Notes: generated by a model not told the origin, from the letters alone. Positions 28,638 to 38,026 are shown, numbered from the stretch's first letter. The stretch: 57,828 nt of DNA from Candidatus Shapirobacteria bacterium GW2011_GWF2_37_20 (GCA_000989305.1 LBTB01000008.1:1-57828); one strand, 5' to 3'. Numbers and translations are program-made.

Positions 28638-29351
28638 ATGGCATCAATCGATAATCTTTTAGTTTCCCTTTTTGTTGACGAAGTTGTTGGCGGATTTTTG
28701 GTCACTGTTCCTCCGGGTCACGTTGGTTGTATTTACAGCATTTTTCGTGGAGTTTTAAAGAATGTTTGGTATCCAGGCATGCATTTTAAGATCCCAATTA
28801 TTCATCGCGTCAAGCTTTTTAATGCTCAATTAATCGAATATACTATCGCCAAAGACGTTTTTCTTAAAGACAACAAAGAAATAATGGGCGATGAGCTTAT
28901 CCATGCTGTTACTGCTGATAATAAATTCGTGGCTGTTGAAGCCACCGTTCTCATTAAGCTTGACACTGATAGACTACCGGAAATCTGGCAAAATATTGGT
29001 GAAAATTTCGTTTCAAAAGTAGTTAGGCCTGTTACCCGTAGCCGCATTCGTAAGGTTTTAACTAATCATAGCCTTGTTAAATCACTTTCAACTGATCGTA
29101 GCCTGATTGAAGATGAGGTCAAGCAAGAACTTCGCGATTCATTAACCCAACACGGTCTCTACGTCGAAAATTTCTATCTCAGTTCCCTTACTCCTATTGA
29201 TTCACCAATCAACATGGATGAAGGTCCAGAATTACCCAAAGACATAAAGGAAATAAAAAACGAAAGACTTATTTCTGGACTCCGCACAGACTCAACCCCC
29301 ACAGAAGATCAGTCCCAGAATCCCTCAAGATCCTCCCTGCCTCATTCATAG
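28638..29351 (+). CDS. SPFH/Band 7 (prohibitin-like) domain protein
   Basis: N-terminal hydrophobic segment followed by an SPFH-like core. The low-complexity tail overlaps the convergent comF gene by 83 nt. Confidence 0.75.
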   Translation: MASIDNLLVSLFVDEVVGGFLVTVPPGHVGCIYSIFRGVLKNVWYPGMHFKIPIIHRVKLFNAQLIEYTIAKDVFLKDNKEIMGDELIHAVTADNKFVAVEATVLIKLDTDRLPEIWQNIGENFVSKVVRPVTRSRIRKVLTNHSLVKSLSTDRSLIEDEVKQELRDSLTQHGLYVENFYLSSLTPIDSPINMDEGPELPKDIKEIKNERLISGLRTDSTPTEDQSQNPSRSSLPHS

Positions 29352-29913
29352 TTGCCCCACTGGTTACCACGTCGTCTATCAAGATTACTTTTTTAGGAAT
29401 TGTTTTTATATCACCTACTCTGAAAGCATTATCGATATTTTTTTGTCTAAGTTGGCGATTTTTTACACTTACCTGATTTTTTGTTTTTATGTTCCTGGTC
29501 AAAGCGTTGTTTACGCATTTTAAGTTTAAAAACTCAGCCAAACCCTTTGCTAATATTTCACTTTGATTAAACCCTCGCCAGTTTTTTCTTTGCCAATAAA
29601 GGGGGACTGGTATTAAGCAAAAATTTTCTTTTTGCCAATATTTGACAACATTGGGATAGCTAATTTTTAACTTATTTCCCATCAATTTTGCCAATTCCTC
29701 GACAGCATCACTTACAAACCCATATTTTACTTTCTCCACAATTTCTTTCATCAGGCCATCATACTTATAGGTAGAAATTATTCCTTCAAATAATTTTTTA
29801 TGACTCAACAGTCCACTCTTCATTTTATTTTCGCACAAATCACATAAATACCTTTCTCCTCTTCCACACCCAAAACAACTTCTTGGGAATAGCCACTCAA
29901 TTATCATTGACAT
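29269..29913 (-). CDS. comFC: ComF-family phosphoribosyltransferase-like protein
   Basis: N-terminal CFGC...CDLC zinc finger and C-terminal PRT motif VILIDDVVTSGAT. Start taken at 29913. Confidence 0.8.
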   Translation of the reverse strand: MSMIIEWLFPRSCFGCGRGERYLCDLCENKMKSGLLSHKKLFEGIISTYKYDGLMKEIVEKVKYGFVSDAVEELAKLMGNKLKISYPNVVKYWQKENFCLIPVPLYWQRKNWRGFNQSEILAKGLAEFLNLKCVNNALTRNIKTKNQVSVKNRQLRQKNIDNAFRVGDIKTIPKKVILIDDVVTSGATMNEAGRILRDSGTDLLWGLSLCGVQK

Positions 29914-29935
29914 TAATTTAATTGTAGAATACTTT

Positions 29936-31003
29936 ATGGCTCTTACTAAGCGTATAAATGCTTCATCCGTTCTTTTAGACTTTCTGATATGGGCACTTTT
30001 AAGTCTTTTCGGAATGAGACTCTTTTTAACAGTATTTAACAATCCTATTGTTGGTCGGGGTAATTGGCACATTGCCCATGTTCTTTGGGGGGGCTTGCTC
30101 ATGCTGGTGGGTATAATAATCTCTCTTGTATATTACGGGAAAAAATCAATTAAACTTGCCTCTATTCTTGCTGGAATTGGTTGGGGTTTCTTTATTGATG
30201 AAATTGGTAAATACCTTACCCGTGATAATAATTATTGGTTTCGACCAGCCATAATTTTTATCTATATTTCCTTTATTCTCCTCTTTTTTCTTTATCGCTT
30301 TTTAGAAAAAAAATCCCGTCAAACTCGTTCTTCTTTGTGGCACGAGATACTTGAAGATTGTGAAGAACTAGCTGACAACGATTTGGAAATAACTGAAAAA
30401 AAAGAACTATTACAAAAAATTGATAAATTTAAACGACTATCCTCATCTCCTAAAGAAAAAAAACTATTATTGAATTTACGCTCTCTGGTTATCTCGACAG
30501 TTGCCAAGAAAGACAAAAAAACTTTCAATCTAAGTAGGCTTGTTGCCACCACTCTTCGGGTAACTTACAACCGCCTTTTTAAGAAAAAATTAGTTTTTTA
30601 TGCTTTATTTACCTACAGCCTTTGGTACATCATTGATAAATCTATCGACAGCTTCAGACTCTTTTTTAATTCCAACAAACTTTTAATTCTCCAGGATTAT
30701 TATAGTCATTATGATTTTTTTTCCAAAGCTGATGTCTACATGGTTACCCTAAAGTTTATTATTGAAGGAGTGGTTGCCGTTTTCTTTGCTGTTGGACTTG
30801 TCTATTGGCTCAGGGGAAGAACAATTAAAGGTATTAGATTTTATCAATGGGGTTTATTAATAAACATTTTTATTGGCTCCCATCTAAAATTCTATTTCGA
30901 ACAATTTAGTGGAGTTTTTTCTTTGATTTTAGCCTTCGTCGTTTGGACCTGGCTTGATAAATATCGTCGGGAAATATCGTCCATATTGCACCGACCTTCT
31001 TGA
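29936..31003 (+). CDS. polytopic membrane protein, unknown function
   Basis: TM helices at both ends with a charged central coiled segment. No family recognised. Confidence 0.45.
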   Translation: MALTKRINASSVLLDFLIWALLSLFGMRLFLTVFNNPIVGRGNWHIAHVLWGGLLMLVGIIISLVYYGKKSIKLASILAGIGWGFFIDEIGKYLTRDNNYWFRPAIIFIYISFILLFFLYRFLEKKSRQTRSSLWHEILEDCEELADNDLEITEKKELLQKIDKFKRLSSSPKEKKLLLNLRSLVISTVAKKDKKTFNLSRLVATTLRVTYNRLFKKKLVFYALFTYSLWYIIDKSIDSFRLFFNSNKLLILQDYYSHYDFFSKADVYMVTLKFIIEGVVAVFFAVGLVYWLRGRTIKGIRFYQWGLLINIFIGSHLKFYFEQFSGVFSLILAFVVWTWLDKYRREISSILHRPS

Positions 31004-31028
31004 AATTATAGGCCATTTTTGCTATAAT
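31000..31028 (+). promoter_or_regulatory. sigma-70-type promoter for ssrA
   Basis: TTGAAA (31000-31005), a 17-nt spacer, then TATAAT (31023-31028), 12 nt upstream of the predicted tmRNA 5' end. Confidence 0.6.
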
Positions 31029-31040
31029 CCCTTACTTCGT

Positions 31041-31465
31041 GGAGATGTAATGAATTGACGGAGTTGTACTTTAAAAAACTGCAAGCCGACTTTGATTCAT
31101 GAGTCGTTAAACAGAGTCAAAACAAACATGCCAAAAAAACTTTTGGTGTTGACTTAACCGCGGTTAAAGAAAATGTAAGCAATTACTTTTCCGCACCCAA
31201 GGCTACTAACTTAGCTTTTTGCTAAGGTCATCCATTAGTTAATCCTCCATTCTAGAGAAGATTAGCTAGTGTAAATTAAACTAGAATGCTTTTTTAATTA
31301 TCTCGATTTAATTAAAAACCAAGAGGGGAGTAATTTCCCCACCAATCGACATTCCGGCACTTTTTGTAAATTTCAGTCGTCGGAAGCGTAGGTCAAAATT
31401 TATTAAGCTTGTAGACGTTTTTTATAGTCGGCTTTCGGACCCCGGGTCACTCTCGGGCATCTCCT
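31041..31465 (+). ncRNA. ssrA: tmRNA (transfer-messenger RNA)
   Basis: 5' GGAGATGTAATGAATTGACGG resembles the tmRNA consensus GGGGxxGxxxxGxxTTCGACGG. 3' CTTTCGGAC-CCCGG-GTCACTC-TCGGG-CATCTCC matches the conserved tRNA-like end, and its acceptor half pairs perfectly with the 5' GGAGATG. It lies next to smpB. An internal frame open at least from GCC at 31130 (upstream limit not checked) ends ...KATNLAFC-TAA (31223-31225). Confidence 0.75.
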
Positions 31466-31863
31466 CTAAATTCTTTTTCTTTTATCTTCTCCCTCTTCTC
31501 AAACTTCCTCATCTTTCTCCCAATTCCAATTTCCATCTTAAACCAAATTCCCTGCAAAAATATGGCAATTGGAATCATCATATATTTTTGGTTGCGATAA
31601 GACTGCAACTTAGCAATTTCTTTGGAATTTAGAAGCAATTTCCTCTCACCACTTTTATCCTTTTCTTGGTTTTGACTATATTTATAGGGTGTAATTTCCA
31701 AGTTTAATGCCGTCGGTATTCCGTTTATGACTTCAACTTTTGCCCCTTTAAACTGAACCCCGTTTACCCGTAGTGCTTTGGCATCAGAACCGTTAAGAAC
31801 CAAGCCGGCTACGACTTTGTCGCTAAAGTTATAATCTAATGAATCTCGGTTGAAATATTTCAT
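31447..31863 (-). CDS. smpB: SsrA-binding protein
   Basis: GERKLLLNSKEIAKL, MIPIAIFLQG.WFKMEIGIGRK and a basic C-terminal tail. Confidence 0.9.
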   Translation of the reverse strand: MKYFNRDSLDYNFSDKVVAGLVLNGSDAKALRVNGVQFKGAKVEVINGIPTALNLEITPYKYSQNQEKDKSGERKLLLNSKEIAKLQSYRNQKYMMIPIAIFLQGIWFKMEIGIGRKMRKFEKREKIKEKEFRGDARE

Positions 31864-33282
31864 TTAATTCTTATTCGATAAATTTTTCCATTTTTGGCTA
31901 AGACTAAAACTGCTTTATTTTGGTTTTCTATTCCAATGTCATTAATTTTTCTTTCACCAAAATTGTACTTGCCTAAAATTTTACCATCTTTACCGTAAAT
32001 TACTACTGTGTTTTCATCAGTTACGTAAGCTAAAAAGTTTACCTGCTCACTTGTCTTTAAGCTTTTAGCAAAGCTTTGACTTGTCAGAGCGCTCATCGCA
32101 AATTTTTCCTCTACACCCCTGTTGTAGCGATATATTTTCCCAGATTTGCCCAGCACCCAAATACTGCTATCAATACTCATCCCAGTCATTTCTTCAGCCA
32201 AGACAGTTTCTTCCTTAAGCCATTTCTTTCCTTCACCTTCGTTTAATTTCATTATATTTTGATTTCCGTTATCTAATACGTAAGTCAACCCGTTCCAACC
32301 GGTCATTTCTCCCACAGTTGCCACTCCCCCTATTTCTGTTTCAGTTAGCTCATTTCTTTTTATTTCATAAATTTTATTCTGATTGTAGCCATACCATTTT
32401 TCTCCGTTATTAAAAATTCCTAATTTTTTCCATTGATTTTAGATTAGGATCGACCGCATTTACTTGCCCCAAACTTTGACTCCAGAGATATGCCACCCCG
32501 CCTCCTACTGCCATTCCCTTAAACAAATCCTCGCCTTCTTTGATCAAAGAGGTGTCATAGGCCACTTCGTATTCCGTATTTTCTCCCCCCAAACTTTTTT
32601 TGATTTCTGTAATTTTATTTCTCAGTTCCGCCAATTCCTGAAAGTATCTTTTTTCAGCTACACCGGCGTTGTTGGTTATCGATTCGGCATTTCGTGCCAA
32701 TTCCAGAGCCGTTTCAATATTTAATGTTCTGACCCCTTCAATTTCTTTAATTTTTTCCTCTACCCCGCTTTTTATTTCCTCAAATTTCTTTTTTTGTTCG
32801 GCCTCTGTCCTTTTTTGATAACCTAAAAATGTTCCCACTATCAACAACAAAAAGACAACTAGTCCCAAAATCAAATTGACACTTTTGTTATTTCTTTCTT
32901 GAAAAAAGGCCCTTTCTTTAACAAAAATTTCCTGTTTCTTTTCCACCTCTTCTCCGGGTATTTCTATCACTATTGTCGCCCCTTCAAAGTTTTCTCTAAT
33001 ATTTTTATTAAATTCACTTTCAGCCTCTTGGCTTAACAACCAAATTTTGTCACCTGTTTTTATTTTCCCCTTAACCTTATTCGCTAATCTGGCAATTTTA
33101 TTTTCCCTAATCAAAATCACACTTCCGCCCCCCTGTATATAAATTTCAGCTTCTTCCCTGTCAATATTAACTCTAATTTCTTCTGAATCATTCCTCAACT
33201 CAACCCTATTTGTCTCCTCAATCCCTTCCCACCCCTTTTCCGCTCCCACTGGCCCAATTAACTTACTTACCTTATATTGCAT
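31860..33282 (-). pseudogene. membrane-anchored coiled-coil / beta-repeat protein split by a 1-nt frameshift (two ORFs 32410-33282 and 31860-32441)
   Basis: The upstream ORF stops at 32410-32412. The downstream frame is open from 32438 (just below an in-frame stop at 32439-32441) and has no ATG, only a GTG at 32324. The two frames overlap around an A6 run (T6 on the + strand, 32424-32429). Removing one A joins them into ...LKSMEKLGIFNNGEKWYGYNQ.... Confidence 0.6.
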
Positions 33283-33294
33283 TAAAAAATGATA

Positions 33295-33513
33295 CTACAA
33301 AATGATCCAAGCCAGAAATACCAACAGTATTGCCACTACCAGGTGTATATACGAAAAGACAATTAAAATTCCATTGAATTTATCTCTAACATTTCTTGTC
33401 ATGGTATTCACTTGTTTAACAATTACTAGGGCAAAAATAAGATATATCAAAGACCCGACTATTCCGAATATTTTTTCAACCAAGACCAAATAATTAGTAA
33501 AATCTGGAAACAT
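33295..33513 (-). CDS. small two-TM membrane protein (72 aa)
   Basis: Hydrophobic ORF. Its start overlaps the stop of the upstream gene. Confidence 0.4.
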   Translation of the reverse strand: MFPDFTNYLVLVEKIFGIVGSLIYLIFALVIVKQVNTMTRNVRDKFNGILIVFSYIHLVVAILLVFLAWIIL

Positions 33514-34274
33514 TATCTTACCCTCCCTTCAAGAGTCTCTCTCTCTTCCTCTTGTCTCAACAGTTGAAGTACTTTAATAATTTTTTCAGGATTAGGAATC
33601 ATTTCAAATTGAATTTCTGCCACTTCTGCCGCTGTTTGGATGTATACCGTTCCGTAGTTAAACATTGTTTGGCCAAGACCACTTACTCGGGACGTAACAT
33701 CCTGAATCATTGACAGTTTTGCCTCAGAAAATTTTTTATCAAGTAGGTTGTTGAACGATATGTCTATAACTCTTTCGTCGGTAATTATATACACATCAAA
33801 ATACCACGACAGAAAATTTTCAAAAGCATAGGCAAAAGTAATCAAATACCAGACCAAGACACCGATAGTCTTAAATCTCGCCGGTATGTCATCAATTATG
33901 GGTATAAATCCAAGAAGACTTGGGGCTAGTACCAGCAGGATGCTTATAATTATCCAGGAGACGTTAGTAAACCAGTGTGGTCTGGCCACCAAAATTATTT
34001 TTTCCTCGGCAGCTCTTTCTTCAAAATCAAAGACATGGGGGTTTACTAAAAGCGAAGATAGAGAATGTTTGGTATGCCCCACAATCCCGTATATTCTGTC
34101 ATTTAAGTCTCCGGTAATATCAGTTTTTGCCACCATCTTCTTTTTCTTTGTCTTGTTGATGTCTTTAACCATGGCTGGTTCTACTTTATTTTCAACAATC
34201 TCATTTCTCAGCTCTCTTTTCGTCTCAACCATATCATCCGGTGCCACCATGTCCAAATTCTTTGCTCTTGTCAT
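33513..34274 (-). CDS. membrane protein with bacterial PH (YdbS/YdbT-like, bPH_2) domain
   Basis: Two TM helices, then ITDERVIDISFNNLLDKKFSEAKLSMIQDVT...GTVYIQTA, typical of membrane-flanked PH domains. Confidence 0.6.
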   Translation of the reverse strand: MTRAKNLDMVAPDDMVETKRELRNEIVENKVEPAMVKDINKTKKKKMVAKTDITGDLNDRIYGIVGHTKHSLSSLLVNPHVFDFEERAAEEKIILVARPHWFTNVSWIIISILLVLAPSLLGFIPIIDDIPARFKTIGVLVWYLITFAYAFENFLSWYFDVYIITDERVIDISFNNLLDKKFSEAKLSMIQDVTSRVSGLGQTMFNYGTVYIQTAAEVAEIQFEMIPNPEKIIKVLQLLRQEEERETLEGRVR

Positions 34275-34278
34275 TGCC

Positions 34279-34788
34279 CTATTTTAGCATCTGATTAGCC
34301 TCAATCAAATCGGCGATATTTTTTGCCAAAAATTTAGAGTTACCTCTCTTTGGTAAATGCAAAAACAAATTTTTTGTCTCCAGTCCCTTTCTGTTAATAA
34401 CCAGCTGTGTCTCAAACGCAATCCAATTACAATTATAAGTTCCCATGTTTTCAGTAATCTCAAATAATTTCGGTTCATACATTTCAATTTCCGGTAAACT
34501 TAATTCAATTTTTATTGGGGCGAGGGGATAAATTGATTCTTTACCATAAACGTTTCTGGCAATTGTTTCAATTCTGATTTTTTCTCCTTCCCCGTAAAAA
34601 TCTCCCAAACCAACAATCAGGTCATATTCATCGTTTTTTATATACTTGTTAGCAAAAGTTCTGGGATGTCCAAAAATTACCTGATAATTTATCCCTAAGC
34701 TTTGGGGTAAATATCGCTGTAAATCACTGTAAACCCGTCTTGAAATATTCGTTCCCCATTGATTGGAAAAAGCATAAATAAGAATCAT
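34279..34788 (-). CDS. peptidase C15 (pyroglutamyl-peptidase I)-like protein, minimal form
   Basis: By-eye colinearity with PCP: ILIYAFSNQWG (cf VLVTGFEPFGG), IRIETIARN (catalytic Glu region IERIA), GTYNCNWIAF (catalytic Cys region), FLHLP (His region). Confidence 0.45.
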   Translation of the reverse strand: MILIYAFSNQWGTNISRRVYSDLQRYLPQSLGINYQVIFGHPRTFANKYIKNDEYDLIVGLGDFYGEGEKIRIETIARNVYGKESIYPLAPIKIELSLPEIEMYEPKLFEITENMGTYNCNWIAFETQLVINRKGLETKNLFLHLPKRGNSKFLAKNIADLIEANQMLK

Positions 34789-34811
34789 CTATCTCATAGT
34801 ATAATGCCATT

Positions 34812-35606
34812 ATGAAGCAGGTGGAAAAATATCCTCTTAGTCCAGTTGAGCAGGAGCTTTCTTTTATCTCTTGGTGCCGGAAAAATGATATTCGTAAGCT
34901 ACTATTTGATGGTGACGATACCCTTTGGGAAACCAAACCAAGATTTAACATCCAGATGGAAAAATGTTATGACCTTCTGGCCACTGTTGATATTATGCCG
35001 CGGGAGAATTGGAAATCGGAAATAATCAGTATAAATGACTCTTTGTTTGAAGCTCACGGCGTCAATCCCCAAAGATGGAATCTACTTGTTGAGGAACTGG
35101 CTCTTCGATACCCCCTAAAACCGCTTGTTATCAATCAAGCCAAAGATATTTTTTCAAAAATTTACACTACTCCCTTGCCTTTTGTTAAAGGTACTGAGGA
35201 GGCTTTAAAATTTTTCCGAAAAATAGGCAAACCTGACATTAATATTGTTACCCATGCTGGCAAAGAATGGACCTGGAAAAAATATCACTGGCTAAAACTC
35301 GATCGCTTTTTAGACTGGGACAATGTTTATCTGGTTGATGAAAATGGTCACAAAACCAAAGAATCTTGGTTGGGGGGTATGGACTACTTCAAAGTTGAAC
35401 CAGTAAACTGTTTAGGAGCTGGGGATAGTCCTCGGGCAGATATTAATCCACTCTGTGAACTTGGAGTTGAGCACTGTTTTTTAATTCGTAATTCCTTTGA
35501 TCTCTGGTCCCTTCATCAACAATCTGTTGATGAAACAAAAGTCAGAAGTATTCAAAGCATCAATGATCTACGTTACCTTGGTGCCGAAATTATTTTCAGA
35601 AAATAG
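34812..35606 (+). CDS. HAD-like hydrolase
   Basis: Motif I LLFDGDDTLWE and a late GAGDSPRAD motif IV-like segment. Confidence 0.55.
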   Translation: MKQVEKYPLSPVEQELSFISWCRKNDIRKLLFDGDDTLWETKPRFNIQMEKCYDLLATVDIMPRENWKSEIISINDSLFEAHGVNPQRWNLLVEELALRYPLKPLVINQAKDIFSKIYTTPLPFVKGTEEALKFFRKIGKPDINIVTHAGKEWTWKKYHWLKLDRFLDWDNVYLVDENGHKTKESWLGGMDYFKVEPVNCLGAGDSPRADINPLCELGVEHCFLIRNSFDLWSLHQQSVDETKVRSIQSINDLRYLGAEIIFRK

Positions 35607-35607
35607 A

Positions 35608-37305
35608 CTATTTTTTAACCAGATTAAACAAGCCCGATTTGATTACGATAGCGCCAGGAGCGCGGAGGTTAAATATGGTTTTAAACATCTCACCACTAAA
35701 TGTAAATTCTCCCTTATCGGTCGATACTTTTACATTTTTTGTAAACCCTCCTGTTGAGTAATCAACGCTAATAGAATTTATAGAACTAATTGGTCCGCCC
35801 TTATCTCCAACTTGTCGTCTCAGCTCATCTTTTGACCAGGCGTTACCGTCACAGCTACCGATACAGTCTTGAACTTGTGATAAATGGCCATAGTCATTAG
35901 CCTTCGAGTAGTACAAAACGGCATTGATAACATCACTAAATTCCTCACTGTTTAGCCACGGATGGCTTCGCCCATAAGATGCGTTACTTCTGGTTTTGTA
36001 CCAGCCTTTATAGTACCAAGAGGAACCAGCTTGTTTTTCATAACTGTCATTTGGCCAACAACCCTGGTTTCCACAACTTGTGTCCCAAATCTGTGGAGTC
36101 GAATGACCATTAGAAGAGTAGGAAATTAAAGATCCTCCGGCGGTTGAGGCATACATGGTTGAAAAGATATTTCCAGTACCGTTACTTTTTATCACCATCC
36201 CCTTTGTGTCTTCTACTGCTTGTTTCCATCTCCCCGGAGAAGCTAGACGGGTTTTGCTGTAGACCTGACAGGCCTCCGTTATGCAAATTGTTCCGGCTAA
36301 ACTATTTGTGGAATTTAAGGCGTAAGTTCTGGCGGCAATTGCTTGAGCCTTCAAGGCTTCGTAACCACCCTCATCACCCCACCTAGCCGGCATTTCGGCA
36401 ATTCCCACTAAATAGTTGTCTTCAAAAGGTAAGCTGCCGATGCTGGTTTTTATTGATCCATCCGTGTTGATTTTTTCAACCCTGATATCACCGTAATAGG
36501 CTTTTAAAATTGTTTCATAATTTTGCCCCGCCTTAGCCCGACCAAAGGCTCCGTACTGACTCATTCCTTTTCGGTGAGGTGCTCCAAATGAAAAAGCCGC
36601 AAAAGCAGGGGAGAAACCTGGATTATAATCTGCTCGTGAAGCCGGATCCTCAGAAGATGACACATCTCCCACTGAAGTGTTAAACATCGCCGTTTTTTCA
36701 GCAATTAAATTTTGTTGTCTCTGGCTCAGTTCTGCTTTATAAGTCTCGGCCTTGTTGATTTCTCCACTCAAAAATCCAAACCTTTCTTCCATGCTCTTCT
36801 TTAATGCTGCCAATTTTATTTTTTGGGCTTCCAGATTTGTTTTATTTTTATTTAGAGTATCTATTTCCAGGGAATACCCCGTAATTACGTTCTTGTCCTG
36901 AGAAATTATTGATTGATACCAAGTATATTGCTGAAGGATATTATCCGTACCTTGGGACGAAAAAAACATTACTAAAGGTGAGAATTTTTTCGAATTAATA
37001 TAATATTTTCGGACTCTTTGATTCATTAGAATTTTTTGGACTTCTAAATCCGCCTCTTTATCAATAAGTTTTTGAGTCAAAATATTCATTTGTTTTTCAG
37101 CACTGGAAATTTGAATTTTTGCTGTCGATATTTTTTGTGCCAATCCGGAAGACTCAGATTTCAGGGGTGCCATTGATGCTTCAATAGCGGCGATTTGTTT
37201 TCCCAAATCTTCAATTTCATCTGCAAATATATTTCCCTTTCCTAGCACCAAAAGTCCTACCATTACCACAATTATTAATACTATTTTTTCAAACTTTTCT
37301 TTCAC
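35608..37305 (-). CDS. SpoIID/LytB-domain peptidoglycan-remodelling protein with N-terminal coiled coil
   Basis: Signal/TM segment, long coiled coil, then GMSQYGAFGRAKAGQNYETILKAYY and ALKAQAIAARTYAL, typical of SpoIID. Confidence 0.8.
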   Translation of the reverse strand: MKEKFEKIVLIIVVMVGLLVLGKGNIFADEIEDLGKQIAAIEASMAPLKSESSGLAQKISTAKIQISSAEKQMNILTQKLIDKEADLEVQKILMNQRVRKYYINSKKFSPLVMFFSSQGTDNILQQYTWYQSIISQDKNVITGYSLEIDTLNKNKTNLEAQKIKLAALKKSMEERFGFLSGEINKAETYKAELSQRQQNLIAEKTAMFNTSVGDVSSSEDPASRADYNPGFSPAFAAFSFGAPHRKGMSQYGAFGRAKAGQNYETILKAYYGDIRVEKINTDGSIKTSIGSLPFEDNYLVGIAEMPARWGDEGGYEALKAQAIAARTYALNSTNSLAGTICITEACQVYSKTRLASPGRWKQAVEDTKGMVIKSNGTGNIFSTMYASTAGGSLISYSSNGHSTPQIWDTSCGNQGCWPNDSYEKQAGSSWYYKGWYKTRSNASYGRSHPWLNSEEFSDVINAVLYYSKANDYGHLSQVQDCIGSCDGNAWSKDELRRQVGDKGGPISSINSISVDYSTGGFTKNVKVSTDKGEFTFSGEMFKTIFNLRAPGAIVIKSGLFNLVKK

Positions 37306-37337
37306 TCTTTCATTCTACCATCTGATATACTTAAGGC

Positions 37338-37718
37338 ATGAAGTTGCCCTCAACTATTGGTGTTTTTGCTGGTATTACCGCTACCTTTTTGAGCTCAGTC
37401 AAGCCGGTGTCAGCCATGGAGACTTTATGTGCCGATGGAATTAGTGTTAATACCGCCCTTGGTTGTATTCCGGTCCAGATGGATAAATTTATCGCCTGGC
37501 TGTTACCTTATCTCTTCGGAATTGGCGGCGGTATTGCTTTTCTTCTCATCATCTACGGTTTTATTCTCATAACCACCAGTAATGGTGATCCAAAAGCTGT
37601 TCAGGGGGCCAAAGAAACCATTACCTCTGCCCTGGTTGGATTACTAATTTGTATTTTTGCCATTTTCCTCCTACGATTAATTACTGTCGATATATTAAAA
37701 ATTCCCGGTATTTCCTAA
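37338..37718 (+). CDS. VirB2/TrbC-like type IV secretion pilin, paralogue 1
   Basis: Signal peptide, then two hydrophobic helices separated by a short GDPKAVQG loop. Shares LLPYLFGIGGG...GDP with the next ORF. Confidence 0.6.
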   Translation: MKLPSTIGVFAGITATFLSSVKPVSAMETLCADGISVNTALGCIPVQMDKFIAWLLPYLFGIGGGIAFLLIIYGFILITTSNGDPKAVQGAKETITSALVGLLICIFAIFLLRLITVDILKIPGIS

Positions 37719-37719
37719 T

Positions 37720-38025
37720 ATGGCTTACAACAGCTTAGAAGCAAAACTTCCATCCTACGCCAATACCGGTTTTAAATTTGCTGACAAAAATTTAGGTGAA
37801 ATTGTCAGTCAACTATTACCTTATATCTATGGTATTGCCGGTTTAGCCCTCTTTGTGATGCTGATTTTAGGTGGAATCACCCTGATGACCGCTGCCGGTG
37901 ATCCTGCTAAAAGTAAAGATGGTTATGGCAAAATTAGCGCCGGTCTGATCGGTTTTTTGATTATCTTTGTCTCCTATTTTGTCGCCCAAATCGTTGAAGT
38001 GATCCTTGGAATAAAAATCCTTTAA
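37720..38025 (+). CDS. VirB2/TrbC-like type IV secretion pilin, paralogue 2
   Basis: LLPYIYGIAGLALFVMLILGGITLMTAAGDPAKSKDG...GLIGFLIIFVSYF has the same two-helix hairpin core as the preceding ORF. Confidence 0.6.
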   Translation: MAYNSLEAKLPSYANTGFKFADKNLGEIVSQLLPYIYGIAGLALFVMLILGGITLMTAAGDPAKSKDGYGKISAGLIGFLIIFVSYFVAQIVEVILGIKIL

Positions 38026-38026
38026 A

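Noticed and set aside
28638-29351. 83-nt convergent overlap of the SPFH and comF genes as a regulatory antisense feature
   Set aside because: The SPFH tail in the overlap is low-complexity and probably just read-through to the first available stop in a compact genome. There is no structure or conservation evidence for anything more.
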